A program made the position numbers and the translations under genes. A stretch of DNA of 61,951 bases, counting the filler, from Basidiobolus ranarum (Eukaryota), in assembly GCA_040143965.1 (NCBI GenBank). It is 7 parts of 7 records of this genome, joined end to end, with 100 filler letters (N's around TTAATTAATTAA, not from the genome) between each part and the next. Parts side by side here need not be neighbours in the genome. Positions count along the whole stretch, not along the records: positions 8,886 to 17,665 come from JASJQH010007797.1; positions 17,766 to 26,538 come from JASJQH010007798.1; 5 more parts are not named here. One strand, written 5' to 3'. The notes under the pieces were generated by a model, which ran no database searches, was not told where the DNA came from, and saw only the letters and a list, made by a program, of their open reading frames with translations. Shown piece after piece: positions 12,010 through 25,089 of the stretch (position 1 is the stretch's first letter; every line of letters starts with the position of its first letter).

Positions 12010-13994
12010 TTAGGTATCGAATGCTTTCCAACTTCGTCTGTGTCTCAATGAAGCAATTGAATTCCAAAGTTTCCTTTCTAGCTCCCTAACACCTACAGAT
12101 TTGATCCTTGATAGCTATATAAATACCGCTGCAATGCCCATCCATAGTCATGGTTTGAATATTGTTTGCTCTAATTGGAGTATTTTGACGCTTGAACCAG
12201 TTTGCGTGTGTCGTAAGATAGGGACAGCCCTGCACAAAATACCTGTAAAACTTGTAAGTTGGCATCAGGTGCTCAATGAGTGCACCAAATAGCATATACT
12301 TAATACATTGGTTTTATTAAATTGAATGTAAATCAGATCAGTGCGTTTCCAGGGCCATTTAGGAGTTCATATATATCAGAGTGAAATTGAACTGCTTATC
12401 CAGATACCTGATATTGTACCATTTCCAGTAAGATATAGAATCGTGATAAAATCATCCGGATCACTGCTTGAGGAGTAGTCAGAGAAGCACCTCTATCGGG
12501 TTTGAGTAACATAGTCTGGGCTTGATCACATCAAAAATGGTAACATGCATTAAACCATCATCTATCATTGGTTAGTTTGCATGCGTTGCAGGTACAGGCT
12601 GTCTCGAGCATTGAATGCCCAGGCCCCCTACCCCTTAATTTCATGTAAATACTCCAGAAAATTGAGGGCCATTTTACCTGGGTTTGCATCCGAGCAATGT
12701 AGATGTACCTCATATGTATCATTGAGGCGGAAGTACGTGTTCAAGTAATCATGGTGTGTAGTGACTTAACCGATATGTACAGTTTTCACGTACCTACAAC
12801 GTCAAATGACCCAACCGTCCACTTGTTTATTATCATAATGCGTATTTGACTTGATGAATTGTTAAAGTAATTGTACCAAGGTGATTGTGTAAATAACTGG
12901 GAATCAAATATAACTGCCTAGCGCATAGTATTGCTTCTATGGATACTAGTGAAGGTAGATGAGAATACATCGCAGAACGGATGTACGAGCACAGTTATTA
13001 GAAGATGTCATACTTGTATTGCCAGTCGAATCTCAAGCATCACCATCAGCCAGAATATTCGCACATACCAATGACGTATTTATGGACAATACCACAAAGG
13101 AAATTGCCAAACAACCCTGAAGTAAACGTGGCCGATAAGGAGAATTTAGGATTCCCAAGATATCTATTTCTCTGATCATTCCGGAATACTTGGTTTAGAT
13201 CGGTTCTTTATTCTGCATCAAACATTGGCAAATCTTGATGTCATCGATATCTATGATATGAGAATTGTTGCAAAGGTGGCTTGAACAAGCCGATAAAACC
13301 AAGTAGCGAAATATGTGCCATATAATTGAGACTATCTTAGGGGTTCTTGAGGACTATGGTCAGTCATTGTAACTAATGTTTGGTATGCGGAAAAATTTGG
13401 AATCAAATTGGATGAAGATGCACGAGAATGGTTAGTGTGACGTTTGATAATCATCCTCATATTGTTTGCTCTATATGATGTCATATAATCCTCTGATGAC
13501 CACATGTACTGCTCTTATCTACCATTTCAAGTAACCCAATACATCGCCTACCGCCTCGAAAAGTTATAAAGACACCCAAGTAGTTGGATGATGAAGGCCC
13601 GTTCCATCAGCCCTCTCCATCCAAGATCTTTGAGCTCCTATCAATCACTTTACGAAGAACCTCAAGCAGCTCTTCATCATTTGTAGTTTTACCCGAACAA
13701 TCGTTTGATAAGCTCTCCCAAGAAATGACATTTAAATTAAGAATCGAGATGACAGGACATTATCAGGCTCAATCCTTTAAGCAGAGTAGCCACATGAAAT
13801 GTAAAAGCAGTTACCCCTCCACTAGATACTGTTCTAAGCGTCAATTTATTCATCAAGGCAAACGTATATCTAAGGAGGAAGCCGAATACCATGTTGCATT
13901 AGTAAAAAAATACAAGTCGCTCGTAATTGCTATCCTGGAGACTCCCAAGTTTGCTAAGCACAATGCATTTGCACAATTCATCAAACGATTGTAA
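12010..13994 (+). pseudogene. Probable decayed multi-exon gene of unknown identity
   Basis: Several intron-like segments (ctaac...cag, gtaagt...cag) alternate with coding-looking stretches containing stops; ends in the 136-aa ORF 13584-13994. No family recognised. Confidence 0.3.
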
Positions 13995-16615
13995 AAAGAA
14001 GACTTAAAGTGATTGAACCCTGCTGGAGCTATCCTTCTGTAATATACATTGTGAATAAATACATCAAACTAATACTACTAACAACCCCAACTTGAGAGCC
14101 AACTCCTTGAGGATTTTGTCCAATCAACCATTTATTTTCGCATCCTAACAATGCGTAAAGATCTTACGAAATTACTCCTTCACTGCTATGAGATCCGTTT
14201 TATCCCAGTATTTTGCTAACTTTCTTTAATAAATAAGAATCTTGAATCCAACCCGTTGCATATTTGTTAGATGTTGAATATAGCCGTTCCCATTAGCATT
14301 GCTGCTAAGTTTTACAAGATATCTTTATTGGTGGAGTGGGAAACTTCGTGTACGATGAGCCAACCCAGTCTCCTATTATTACAATGAATAACCTTGGTTG
14401 CTTTACGTGATATATGAGTGTAGTGGCCATCTCTGTACAATACGTGCACGTTGTGTCTCCTTGTGATATAATGTAGCAGCAACCCGACTGTTCTGATTTC
14501 CAGCTATTGTCACCACGGTAAATGAGACCAAGCCATGAAATTCAAGTCCCAACCATCACCTCGTATACTAGTTTAACAAGAATACCTAATTGGTAAATTA
14601 TTTGTTAGTAATGAGGACTAGCTATGCAAACATGGTACGAAAGTATACATCCGATATTAGTGTTAACTTCGTAATTCATACCATCTGACACAGTGATGTA
14701 TTCGAATTCACTGATCTCCAAGAAATAAGATGTGACGATCGAAACGTGTTAGTCATGGAAATTGATTGCAAGTGCCTTTTAACTGAATATGTGTAACGAT
14801 GACTTCATCTTCCACGGAAGCGTGACTTCTCGTAGCACCTTTTCAAGTTTGCATTCTCCATTGCGCCCTCTTGAGTCGTCGTTTTTTTATTGCAAGCCAG
14901 TGCTTTTGTTTATTTACAAATATCAATATGAAGAGAATTGTAGGATACCATATCAGAGCTGAGTCACCAAATATATCAGTTTCACAAAGCATTGCTTGGA
15001 CAATATATGTCTATAGGATGTCAATAACCTTTGGCAAAAAACTGTAAGACCATCAGTCCTTAAAATGGTTCAAATATCGATATTTAAGTTACACAAGTGT
15101 CAAATTGGGGTAACAAGTGAGCATCCTTTCGTTTATTCCGTCTCCATTGCATCCTCCTCTACATTCATTCACAATCTTGTTGGAAACAGCCTTTAGACCA
15201 TTCTTATTGCAGGTAGATGAAATACTATGTATTTATATATATATATGGTATTGATTCTGCGGCAACGAATCCTCATGTATATATTTGTGGAACTACCTAT
15301 GATTGAGAGTTTCGAAAGGCCTCTCATCAGCGAAAGCTCTTGGCAAAACAATGAATTTCAGAAGCACTCGCACACGTTTTTTGAAGCATGGTATTCCAGC
15401 TGCTGTATTAGAAGGCGGTGGCAGCATGTTTGAAAGTGATCCCAACATTTACAATCAAGTTCGTCACTGGTTTCATGCAGAATCATTAGATTAGTAGCGA
15501 GTAAAGCTGCGCTATATGAATGGAGGTCATTATACAGCATTGATCCAAGCAGTTGCAGGTTTCAAAGTTGAAGTTCAAAAAATATGTGCCTTGCTCAAGT
15601 CAGCCGACGGATTCTTGTGAGCTGAGGATACGCATCAAAAGTCCATGACTAGCCTGAGCACTACAGCAAACGCAGACGCACCACCCAATAGGCACCACGG
15701 ATCTCGCAGTTTAGAGTGGCAGAGCTGGTGTAGCTTTGGTTCGTAGAACAGCTAATGCCATCATCGCCAATCAGCGAGAACGCTGTAGTGGTGAGTTTGC
15801 AAAGCTCATCATCGATCACTATCCCCTGAATGAATCCAGGATAAATCATCATGAGCTTAGACGGTGGCCTGGTCGGAACCGACTGCCACGATTTCTTTCC
15901 CGGGCTACTCGCGTACTCTGTTGATAATGACTTAATTGATCCATATTGAGAGTAGGTGTGGGAGATTGGATAATTTAAATTGATAATTGATATCCAACCC
16001 CTCCACCCAATGGCTATGAAGCGAATGCCTCTCAACAAGTACCACTACTATTATATACTCCCGAATAAAATTCCGATTTGCTACAGTTTCCATTGGCCAC
16101 TAAAAGCCCCCATACTGGCCAAGGCCGGATGCTCCATGAGTACATTCCACAATGTAATCCGGTTCTGATCTTACTAATGGCGGATTCCGGTGCTCGTGTC
16201 TACTGGACTATTCAAACAAACCGATAGTTGTTATAAATGGAGGCATATGGTAGAACAGCGTTTGTATTCATCTTGGGGTTACCTCTTATTTAGTAAATCT
16301 AGAAATGAATGATGTGAATTTTCAATTTCTATATAAATTCAATCTATCCTACATCTTTCCAAATCCATTCCAATACATAAATACGCTGTGTTGTATTCCC
16401 ATCAATTGAGCGATAGATATAACTACTCTCTCCTGATTAGATCGTAACTCTTCCTTGTCTTCCTCAGTACTCTCAGTACTAGGACCATTTTTAATCCTTA
16501 ACTCTTACCTCCTACTTCCCTTCTTGCCAGTATACATAATTTGTCTAAAGTCTGCTTAATAACTACCCCATCGAATTAGCCGTTCTCCCATATACTCTAA
16601 GCTGACATTTCAAAA

Positions 16616-17665
16616 ATGAGTACATACGACGAGAAAAGCCATCTTGTTGCTGATATAGATAAAAATATTGTAGAGCGTGTTGATGCTGCCCTAGCTCTTA
16701 TCGAGAAGAAATATGCTCAGTTTGAAGAAACTGGTAGAAAGCATGTCGGTGACACCCTTAAACGGATCGAGGCCAAATATAACGAACTGGAGAACATTTC
16801 GTTAGCCGAGAAAGTAGATGCTGTTATTGGGATCGTAGAGGAAAAATGTATCGAGAAATGCATCAACTTCGGAGAGTTCTCTTGGAAAACTTTGGAAGAA
16901 ACCATTCGTCACATTGAGGAAACTTATGAGGGATTTGATAAAATCTCTCTGAACGAGCGAGTTTTTGATGCTATCAAACATCTCGAGGAACTCACCCCTG
17001 AACACTTTATAAAAACTGTTGATTGCTCAGTAGACTACACAGCCGAAGTTACCAAAGCGGCGTTTTATGGAGCCAAGCGCCTTTTGAATTATGACGAACT
17101 TCCTCGCCCTTGGCAGGATAATGAGTATGTTACCACTGGGTAAGTTACATTTACATTGATATTATGATGTTGATAGATTTAATATTAACATTCAAATTAG
17201 GTATCGCTTTCTTTCTTCCAAAGCGCAGTGTCTTCTCAGTGTGCTTCAAATCCATAATCAAACTGCCAATATTTGGTCTCACTTTATTGGGTTCTTTTTG
17301 TTTAGTTGGCTTGGATTCTATACTTTCCAAACCCATCTTTTGGATGGCTCCTATTTCGATAAGCTTGTATTTTTTGTCTTCTTTGCCGCTGCTGCCAAAT
17401 GTCTTATATGCAGTACATTGTTTCACACTTTCCAATGTCACTCGCATATAAACGTTATGCGATGCTCTGCTGTGTTGGATTATGTTGGAATATCTCTACT
17501 CATTACAGCATCGGTTCTCGTGACTGAATATTACGGATTCTACTGTCGCCCATTCCTTCGCAATCTCTACATCACCGCCACTGGTACGTTAGGAGTGACC
17601 GGGGTGATCTTGCCATGGTTACCGGGGTTCGATGACAAGGAATATAGAATTATTCGTATTATTGT
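16616..17665 (+). CDS. PAQR / hemolysin-III family membrane protein (IZH-like), 3' truncated by contig end
   Basis: Exon 1 16616-17139, intron 17140-17200, exon 2 from 17201. Motifs LLNYDELPRPWQDNEYVTTGYRF, HNQTANIWSH, STLFHTFQCHS, LDYVGIS. Confidence 0.93.
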
Positions 17666-17765
17666 NNNNNNNNNNNNNNNNNNNNNNNNNNNNNNNNNNN
17701 NNNNNNNNNTTAATTAATTAANNNNNNNNNNNNNNNNNNNNNNNNNNNNNNNNNNNNNNNNNNNN
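17666..17765. other. Artificial contig spacer
   Basis: N run with central TTAATTAATTAA. Confidence 0.98.
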
Positions 17766-18259
17766 ATTATCTCATAATCAACCATATCCTTCCAGGTGTT
17801 TTCAATATGAGTGTTGCACACTGCAGACATCATTGCGCCAATATCTTGGTGAATATACACCTCTCTGTCAGTTCTTAAATTGGAGACAAACAGTGGTGTC
17901 TCTACCGTTGCTTTTAAAATGTATTGAATCGATGCAAAGTCAGCATACACTGATTCTGGAAGATCCACAGGGAGTGCAAGTTCAAAATTATAAACATATT
18001 CTCCAGGATAGAACAAAGTAAACTGAGGATTCTGATGAAAATCCCATTTGTGGTCAATGAGAGTCGTAATGCAGCTTTGGATTCGTCCCTTCCTCATTAC
18101 AAGTGAACCTCTGAAACAAAGGTTGATATTCTGCACTTGAATAAGTGCAGGTGGAGTGAAAATGAGCTTACCTCTTAAAATGAATGAGGACTGATTATCA
18201 TCAAAGATGCTCTTGAACATAACATCTCTTTCAAGTTTGATTGATAACTTCGGACTCAT
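17766..18259 (-). CDS. Alpha-arrestin (ART) paralog 1, 3' truncated
   Basis: Arrestin_N signature FILRGKLIF...YPGEYVYNFELALPVDLPESV...IQYILKATVE; clear paralog of the next two genes. Confidence 0.88.
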
Positions 18260-18745
18260 TTTCGAAGGGCTTGTAGTTGAATTTCAACTATATAGAGAGT
18301 TTGCTTTTTCAAGTTGTGGTAAAGAATGAACGCTTTCAATTCCGGAGGTAACCAAGTCTTTATGAATGAAAATCTGACCATTTTCTTGAAATACAATTAT
18401 GCTATCGATTAGACTCCGCCATGTAACATGATCCATGCCATGCGAAGTATCAATATGTCTCACTACTATTTATGGTCCGAGCATTGAAGTTTGCACCCTT
18501 GATTGCCGTTTCAGGTCAATCTTGGGATACCACCGATCATCCAGATTTACTGAATCAGTCACTCGTAAGACAGACGGCATCGTGCTACATCAAATCACAT
18601 TTTGATTACATCCTCATTCATGTCAAATCAAGATATATTTGCAATCTGTTCCATCCAGGGTCTACAATCATGAAAAAAAAATATGTTCAATCGGTCAACG
18701 TTTATTTATGTTACATAATCTATACTATACAAATAAAATTCTATT

Positions 18746-19789
18746 TTAAGCTCCCAGAGCAATTGTATTTGGTTGAGTAAAATATACCGGAGGTAAAACG
18801 AGGTCAGCATCAGATACACTGCCATTCAAGTAAATGGGTGGGCAATCAAACTGAACCAAGTTATAACTTGGAAGTTGCTCGAATTCGGGGGCTTCTAATG
18901 TCTCACAAGAATCGATCTTGCGAGTGATACGAATAGGAAGGACGTTAAGAATGGTTTGGAACTCTCCGTTCATTTCAAATTCAATTCTAGTAGTAAGACG
19001 GTGAATGACTCCAACATATGGAGTATCAGCATCGTAATGGATATTCTTGGTGGAGGCTGGAACCTTCAAATAGATGGAACTACTGTCAGCACTTCCATTC
19101 ACTGAGGTATTCAAGGTTCGGAGCCACTTCTTGACTTTCTCGGCTTCAGTATTTCTTTGACTTCCAATGTTTTGATATGTGGTAATTTCACATAAGCCGG
19201 CTCTGACATCAATAATCTTACAGTTATCATTCTTACTCACATGCTTGAATGAGATGGGGATGTCACTGCCAGGAGTATACTGATGGCTGGGAATAGATAC
19301 TTCAAAATCAATGATATCATTCCAATTTCCTTGGGCAAGGGTGTTATAGACCATGGAGTCTAACGGACTGGTGGCTTGTTCGATGTGAACGATCTTGTCA
19401 GCTCTCAAATTTGAAGAGAACAATGGGGTTTCAACCATACCCTTAATGCTGTACTCAATTTTAGCGTAGTCAGCATCCATAGACACTGGTAAGTCAGCAG
19501 GCATGGCAAGTTCAAAATCATATGTGTAGGTTTTGGCTTCGAAAACGGTGCTTGACTTCAAATCCTGAAAGAAGTCCCATTGGTGCTCAAAGAAGGTTTT
19601 GCGAGTGGATTGAAAACCTCTGTTGTTGATTAGTTTTCCACGGAAGCGGAGAAGAATTTGATTTACTTTCATGGGAGATGATGGTGTGAACAACAGTTTC
19701 CCTTTCAATATGAAGAAGGTATTGTCCTCATCAAGTACGTGCTTTAGAAAGGTATCTTTCTCCAATTGGATTTGTAATTTAGGCGACAT
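18746..19789 (-). CDS. Alpha-arrestin (ART) paralog 2, intronless, 347 aa
   Basis: Arrestin N and C domains (YDFELAMPADLPVS, YTPGSDIPI) and C-terminal PY motifs LPSY, PPIY, PPVY. Confidence 0.92.
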   Translation of the reverse strand: MSPKLQIQLEKDTFLKHVLDEDNTFFILKGKLLFTPSSPMKVNQILLRFRGKLINNRGFQSTRKTFFEHQWDFFQDLKSSTVFEAKTYTYDFELAMPADLPVSMDADYAKIEYSIKGMVETPLFSSNLRADKIVHIEQATSPLDSMVYNTLAQGNWNDIIDFEVSIPSHQYTPGSDIPISFKHVSKNDNCKIIDVRAGLCEITTYQNIGSQRNTEAEKVKKWLRTLNTSVNGSADSSSIYLKVPASTKNIHYDADTPYVGVIHRLTTRIEFEMNGEFQTILNVLPIRITRKIDSCETLEAPEFEQLPSYNLVQFDCPPIYLNGSVSDADLVLPPVYFTQPNTIALGA

Positions 19790-20896
19790 CGCTGAATGTG
19801 TTTGCTAGTGAAATGTCTATAAAGAAGAATAAAATGACACTGTTCCAGACAATGAAATGAAGACTTGATGAATTGAACAACATTCAAGGTGATACACCAA
19901 ATTTATATCATTTCTACGTTATCGATTGTTTTGGGTGTCGATTCTATATGTAATCAATATGATAGCTGCATTGCCATATTTGACGATTCTTTAATTATCT
20001 TCCTTGATCTAGTATGGTGAATTATTTGCCAAGTGCTCGATTCGGCGTGTTGTATATATATGGCATTTTCGATAGAATTTCCATTTAGATAGTATCAAGA
20101 GATCATTCAAGCTTAGTCAACAAACGGCAAAGGGAATCAGATGTAGTTCGATGAAAAGATAATATATAGTTTGAATGAGGTTAGGTGAGGGGGCTCCTGG
20201 AAGAATACAACTGTCTTTAGGGCTGAATATCAAATACTCTGAGGACTAGGTAATTCTAGTAAACTTGGGTTAGGATTAAGCAAATTGCATAACTTAATCA
20301 AAGATCTTGGTTGATTTGATTACTCAGGATTAGGATTAGACATATCTCGGAGATATTATGGACCATGTGGACCATGATGTGAAACAGCGAATACTTCAAT
20401 TGAATAGCTAGAATTTGATCAACAGTACCATTTTTGATATACCTCCCAATTTAACCGCACCATGTGCAACCAGAGCCTTTTTCACCAATGTTGACTATTG
20501 CTCGATATATTACTGGATGTAGTTCCGTGGTTGATGAATCTTGACTTTCCTATCAAGTCCCATCGTGGTGAATTTCGCCATCCATCGGATAAATATTTGA
20601 TTGAAATAATGGCCCGATTCACCGACGGAAATAATATCGACTAAATTGAGGAAGCATAATCAGGAGGGAGAGGATGAGGATGTCAACGAGGAAGAGGACG
20701 TTGCGATAGAGACAGTCGTCATAGTCATAATGGGATTGGATAAAGATGAATTTGATTGCCTACCCAGACTTCGGGATGACACCAGGTTCTTTTTTAAAGT
20801 CAACTACTTGAATTGTGATAAGGCTGCGAACTTTTTAGCCAATTAATCCCCGTTTTCGATCCATGAAGTTTGATCACATTAGGTTGTTTTGGATTT

Positions 20897-20926
20897 TAAC
20901 CCTAACCCTTTAACCCTAACCCTAAC
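20897..20926. repeat. Short telomere-like (TAACCC)n tract
   Basis: taaccctaaccctttaaccctaaccctaac in the divergent intergenic region between two arrestins. Confidence 0.7.
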
Positions 20927-21725
20927 TGAATGCACACCATATACACCCCATTGTTCACCTAACCCTGACTTCCTTGCTAATTTATCTCAAGAATCAGGGG
21001 TTTGATCTCCCCTTTATATCAACCATTCTGCGAAAGAAAACCTTTTTTTTGGCTTCTCTCCGACGTAAAAACAGGTTAGAATCTCCAATCCTTGGAATGT
21101 ATTTCACCTCATTCAGATAACAATGTCACGCAGCCATCGATTAAATGAAGGAACATGCCTTAATTAGAATTCGTATCTTAATAATCTATTCGAATCGCGC
21201 TGAAGTATATACGGTGATCGAGGACGGGGTACTAAGGTAGGGTTCTAATTGGATATGGCTCAACAAATATAGCAGAGTTGGCTATGACACCATTTTCTTT
21301 CTCCACTGACTCAACATTCATAACAGGATAGGGTTTAATAACACCGCTCCACCCTAACCCTAGCTATCAATTGAGAAGGTTAAAGATCTGGCTCATGACG
21401 TATCTGCCTAAAATTATTGGCTAAATGAAAGGGGAGGAGATATTAAGAGAGGAGTAAGTACTCCTATGATATCGCAATCATTGAGAGAGATTTACTATCG
21501 ATAAACTATCAGTGCACTATCTGTATACTGGCGAGCAAATCTCTATTGACCAAGTAATCTATCACATCGATGACAAGAGCGTGCAAGCTCTATCAGAAGG
21601 GTGATCTTCACTTATCTTGTTGTTAATTGGTATCAGGAATGCATGGAGATAGGCATATATATACCCAAGAGCACAGAGATATTACCTTACAAACAAATCT
21701 GCGAGTCTGTAACAGAAACCATAGA

Positions 21726-22745
21726 ATGGCTCCAAAGTTCCAAATCGTTTTGGCGCAAGACACCTTTTATCGAAGTGCATTTGAAGAAGGGTATTCCTCT
21801 TCGATCCTCAAGGGCAAACTGATATTCGCCCCATCCTCCCCTATGAAGGTGAATGGCATCAATCTTTGCTTTCGAGGCAAGCTATTCCTGAACACGGGAA
21901 TTCAACCTACACATAGGTCCATCTTCCAATACAGATGGGCCTTCTATCAAAATTCTAGATCTACGTCGTTCGAGGCCAAGGAGCATGTCTACGAATTTGA
22001 GCTGCCACTCCCTGCAGAGCTCCCAGAATCTGTAGACGCAGACTACGCAAGGATTCAATATAGTCTGAGAGCTACGGTGGAAACACCACTGTTTGCCTCG
22101 AATTTGAGAACAGACAAAGTGGTGAACATTCGGCAACACGTTGACACATTTATGTCTGTAAGGTACAACACTCATATTGAAAGCACCTGGAAGGATATGG
22201 TTGATTATGAGGTGATTCTCCCTAGCCATGAGTACTCTCCCGGTGACACCATTCCTATCACATTCAAGCATCATATACGAGATAACAGTTACAAACTAGT
22301 CAGTATATGGGCAGGTCTGGGTGAAAACACAGTCTACACAAGTGTAATTGGTAGTTCGACCGAAACTAATACTGTTCAAAAATGGTTGCGGACAGATTAT
22401 ATCAAGATCTGTAGTGATACAAGTTATATGACGCTCATCGTTCCCAAATCGGTCCGAAATATCCATTATGATGGTGCTACCCAATACGTGCAGGTATCGC
22501 ATACTATCTCTATTAGGATTGATGTTGAGTTGAATGGTGAGATCAAGCAAATTCGGGTGATAATGCCAATTCGTATAGTACGTGACACCCTGTCTACTGG
22601 CGAAGTGACGCAGTACGATCCGTTGCCAATATATGAGAAGGTCCGGTTCGATTGTCCCCCCGCTTATCTCAGCTATATTAGTAACTGTAACGAATCGCCG
22701 CCTCAATATCTTCCCTCATTCAGTCGCATGAATATCGGAGTGTAG
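21726..22745 (+). CDS. Alpha-arrestin (ART) paralog 3, intronless, 339 aa
   Basis: Start reassigned to ATG 21726 (MAPKFQI, matching MSPKLQI/MSPKLSI of paralogs); PY motifs LPIY, PPAY, PPQY. Confidence 0.92.
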   Translation: MAPKFQIVLAQDTFYRSAFEEGYSSSILKGKLIFAPSSPMKVNGINLCFRGKLFLNTGIQPTHRSIFQYRWAFYQNSRSTSFEAKEHVYEFELPLPAELPESVDADYARIQYSLRATVETPLFASNLRTDKVVNIRQHVDTFMSVRYNTHIESTWKDMVDYEVILPSHEYSPGDTIPITFKHHIRDNSYKLVSIWAGLGENTVYTSVIGSSTETNTVQKWLRTDYIKICSDTSYMTLIVPKSVRNIHYDGATQYVQVSHTISIRIDVELNGEIKQIRVIMPIRIVRDTLSTGEVTQYDPLPIYEKVRFDCPPAYLSYISNCNESPPQYLPSFSRMNIGV

Positions 22746-24862
22746 AGTTGTCACATCTACCTTAATCATGCCCTAAGATACTACCTCTTTAAACTAATCC
22801 TTGTATATTTAACTAACATTTGCATAAATAGGCTTCGTTGCGTAAATAATTTGTGATTTAAATTAAAGCTACATAAACATTCATTATTTAGAAACTTAAT
22901 CTGAATATTGGCACTGTGATAGGTAAAACACATTCATTTTAGTGGATGCAAATCGTGGACATATATCAAGTATTTCTCCAACGTTGGCTTCTCAGTAAAG
23001 TCTTCCACCCTAATCAGGCATTGCTCATATGGTCTTACCCAAATGTATCAAGATCGCTCAATTTAGGCTTGGCAGTATAGATTAGGTGAAATAACCCTGG
23101 GGGTTTGGGGATTCATTTTACTTCCACTTAGGGTAGTTATGTCTGTCCAATATTCCAATGGAAATCCTTGAGCGGAAGTTCTTTCTTTGCATTGTTATCA
23201 TAATAGACGATTCCATCTAAGTTACTAACTAGCTAAACATTTAGTGGTGATATAATCCGCATCCCAATTTCTTCATCTTTGGTGGTTACCACAAAAGTAA
23301 GGACAAGTGGACAGTTAGGATAAGGGATGATAAAGATGGTAGCTTAAAGTCACATCAAGAAGTATCTCCACTGGCTAACTAGATACTTGAGAACGCTATG
23401 TAAGCGAAGAAGTACATGAACATATTAAGAAACAGTCTTAGTAATTGATCAAAGGCCAAGAAGATACGATACGTGCTATAATGGCATTTGGGATTTCAAG
23501 CTTAGTAATAAAGCTGGGATATTCGTTTTAGCAAAGTCTATGACATCAAAGATAAGGTCGAGATTATATCTGATAGCGATTGTTCACTTCACAAAAAGAT
23601 TAGGCTGACTCAGGTAATGCCTGGACTAGGAGTAAGATCCTTACGATACAGTATATACGTCAATGATGGTGTTATCAAATTCTCAACATTGAAGAGCCTG
23701 GACCATCAAAATCTCTGGCCCCAATCATATGCTTAAAGATCTCGATGGATTATTTGCGTATATGTTGCGCATATATTGCATGTACATTACATTAATAAAT
23801 ATATTCTCATTACTTTTGACTCTAGCACTCTACCTCTACGCCATTGACTCTAGCACTCCCCACTCACTATATTTCACTCCCCATCCCACTATATTTCACT
23901 GTTTAAGTCACAAGTATAATTTACCTGAAAATTAATTTATTACTAAATATTTTAAACCGAATACTAATGTATTTACCTAAAGTACGTGATTATACTAAGC
24001 AATATTTAGAGCTAACTAATTGTCTTTCAATCTAAACGAAACTAACCAAAAATTGCATCAATTGTTTAGAATCATTAACTATAGCAATATTTAAAAAGCC
24101 CTTCAATTATCTAGAAGCGTTGGTTAGATATATCGATATTTGTGTCAGAAACCAGGGTCTTCCCCACCAGTTACTAAATTTATTTGTGGCACGCGTGAAT
24201 AAGACGTTTGATACCTGATGGAGAGAAACCAAGGAGATTCGATTAAAGTGGGGAAATGTAAGCTATACATCAATACTGTGGCCTCGGGCGTACACAGTTT
24301 CAATAGCATCCTAGAAGGTTAATAAACCACGTCAACATATAGATTATGATTTTAGTGACGGTTTTCTGATCAGCCATTCTTACGTAGTCATCCATGGGGC
24401 CTATGGAGAGTAGGTTGTCTCTACAAGAAAGTATACATAGCCCTTTGTATTGATCAGCTATCGCTACTGAACTATAGTCTAATAGCTTTGTTTGTGGGTT
24501 ATCCAATGCTTTCTGCCTTCCTTCAACGATGCTGAATGTTATGCTTTAGGTTTTTGATTTTCTAACCACTGTATCAGTGAATGTAAAAGTATTGGTGAAT
24601 GTAACTTGGTTAACTTGTTCGTTACCATGTCAAATCTTGTACTTCTCAAACTAAAGTACGCATATTGAGAGTATTTGTGTGATACATATATCGAAACTTA
24701 ATCTCCAATTTTGACTACCAAATAACCAATGTTAAATAATTATACCAAATTACCACAAAAATCACTGAATATTCTCAACATAAAACTGTGAATACTGACA
24801 TGCATTAAGCTTGCAAGCTCTTAGAGAGTCAATTACTGCCAATATGATGGGATTATCTAGAT

Positions 24863-25083
24863 TCTAGATATATCTGAGAACTTCTAAGTTGGTAAAATGT
24901 TTTAAGTAAATTCCAATATCGAATAATGGGTGATATCTTAGTGGAATATAGGATAACTAAATACTAAGCTATATATGACTATATAGGTATTTAGGCAATG
25001 CCAATTTCAACAATAATAAGTGAAAACTACAAATTCTTCTAACTCTCCAAATCACTTCCCATAGCTCCCAAAATCCATCAACA
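24863..25083. mobile_element. Rearranged subfamily A LTR pieces
   Basis: 24863-25012 is the LTR 5' part on the minus strand; 25013-25083 is the LTR 3' end on the plus strand (aataagtgaaaact...gctcccaaaatccatcaaca). Confidence 0.8.
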
Positions 25084-25089
25084 GTTTTA

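Noticed and set aside
15227-15924. Fragments reminiscent of a UvrD helicase (KHGIPAAVLEGGGSMFE; RTANAIIANQRER) or a patatin lipase
   Set aside because: Motifs are in the wrong order for UvrD, are interrupted by stops, and no Walker A or GxSxG was found; unassignable without a search.
17241-18259. ORFs running into the N spacer, suggesting PAQR-arrestin linkage
   Set aside because: Separate contigs; the ORF ends are created by the TTAATTAATTAA linker.
21627-21725. N-terminal extensions in the ORF track for arrestin 3 (also GCV3 from 32242, SDH5 from 49666 and the ORF from 58597)
   Set aside because: They rely on non-ATG or upstream starts; paralog alignment or presequence character supports the downstream ATGs.
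21882-22706. Antisense ORFs over arrestin 3 (also over GCV3 and RAD26)
   Set aside because: Shadow frames of real genes with no independent coding signal.
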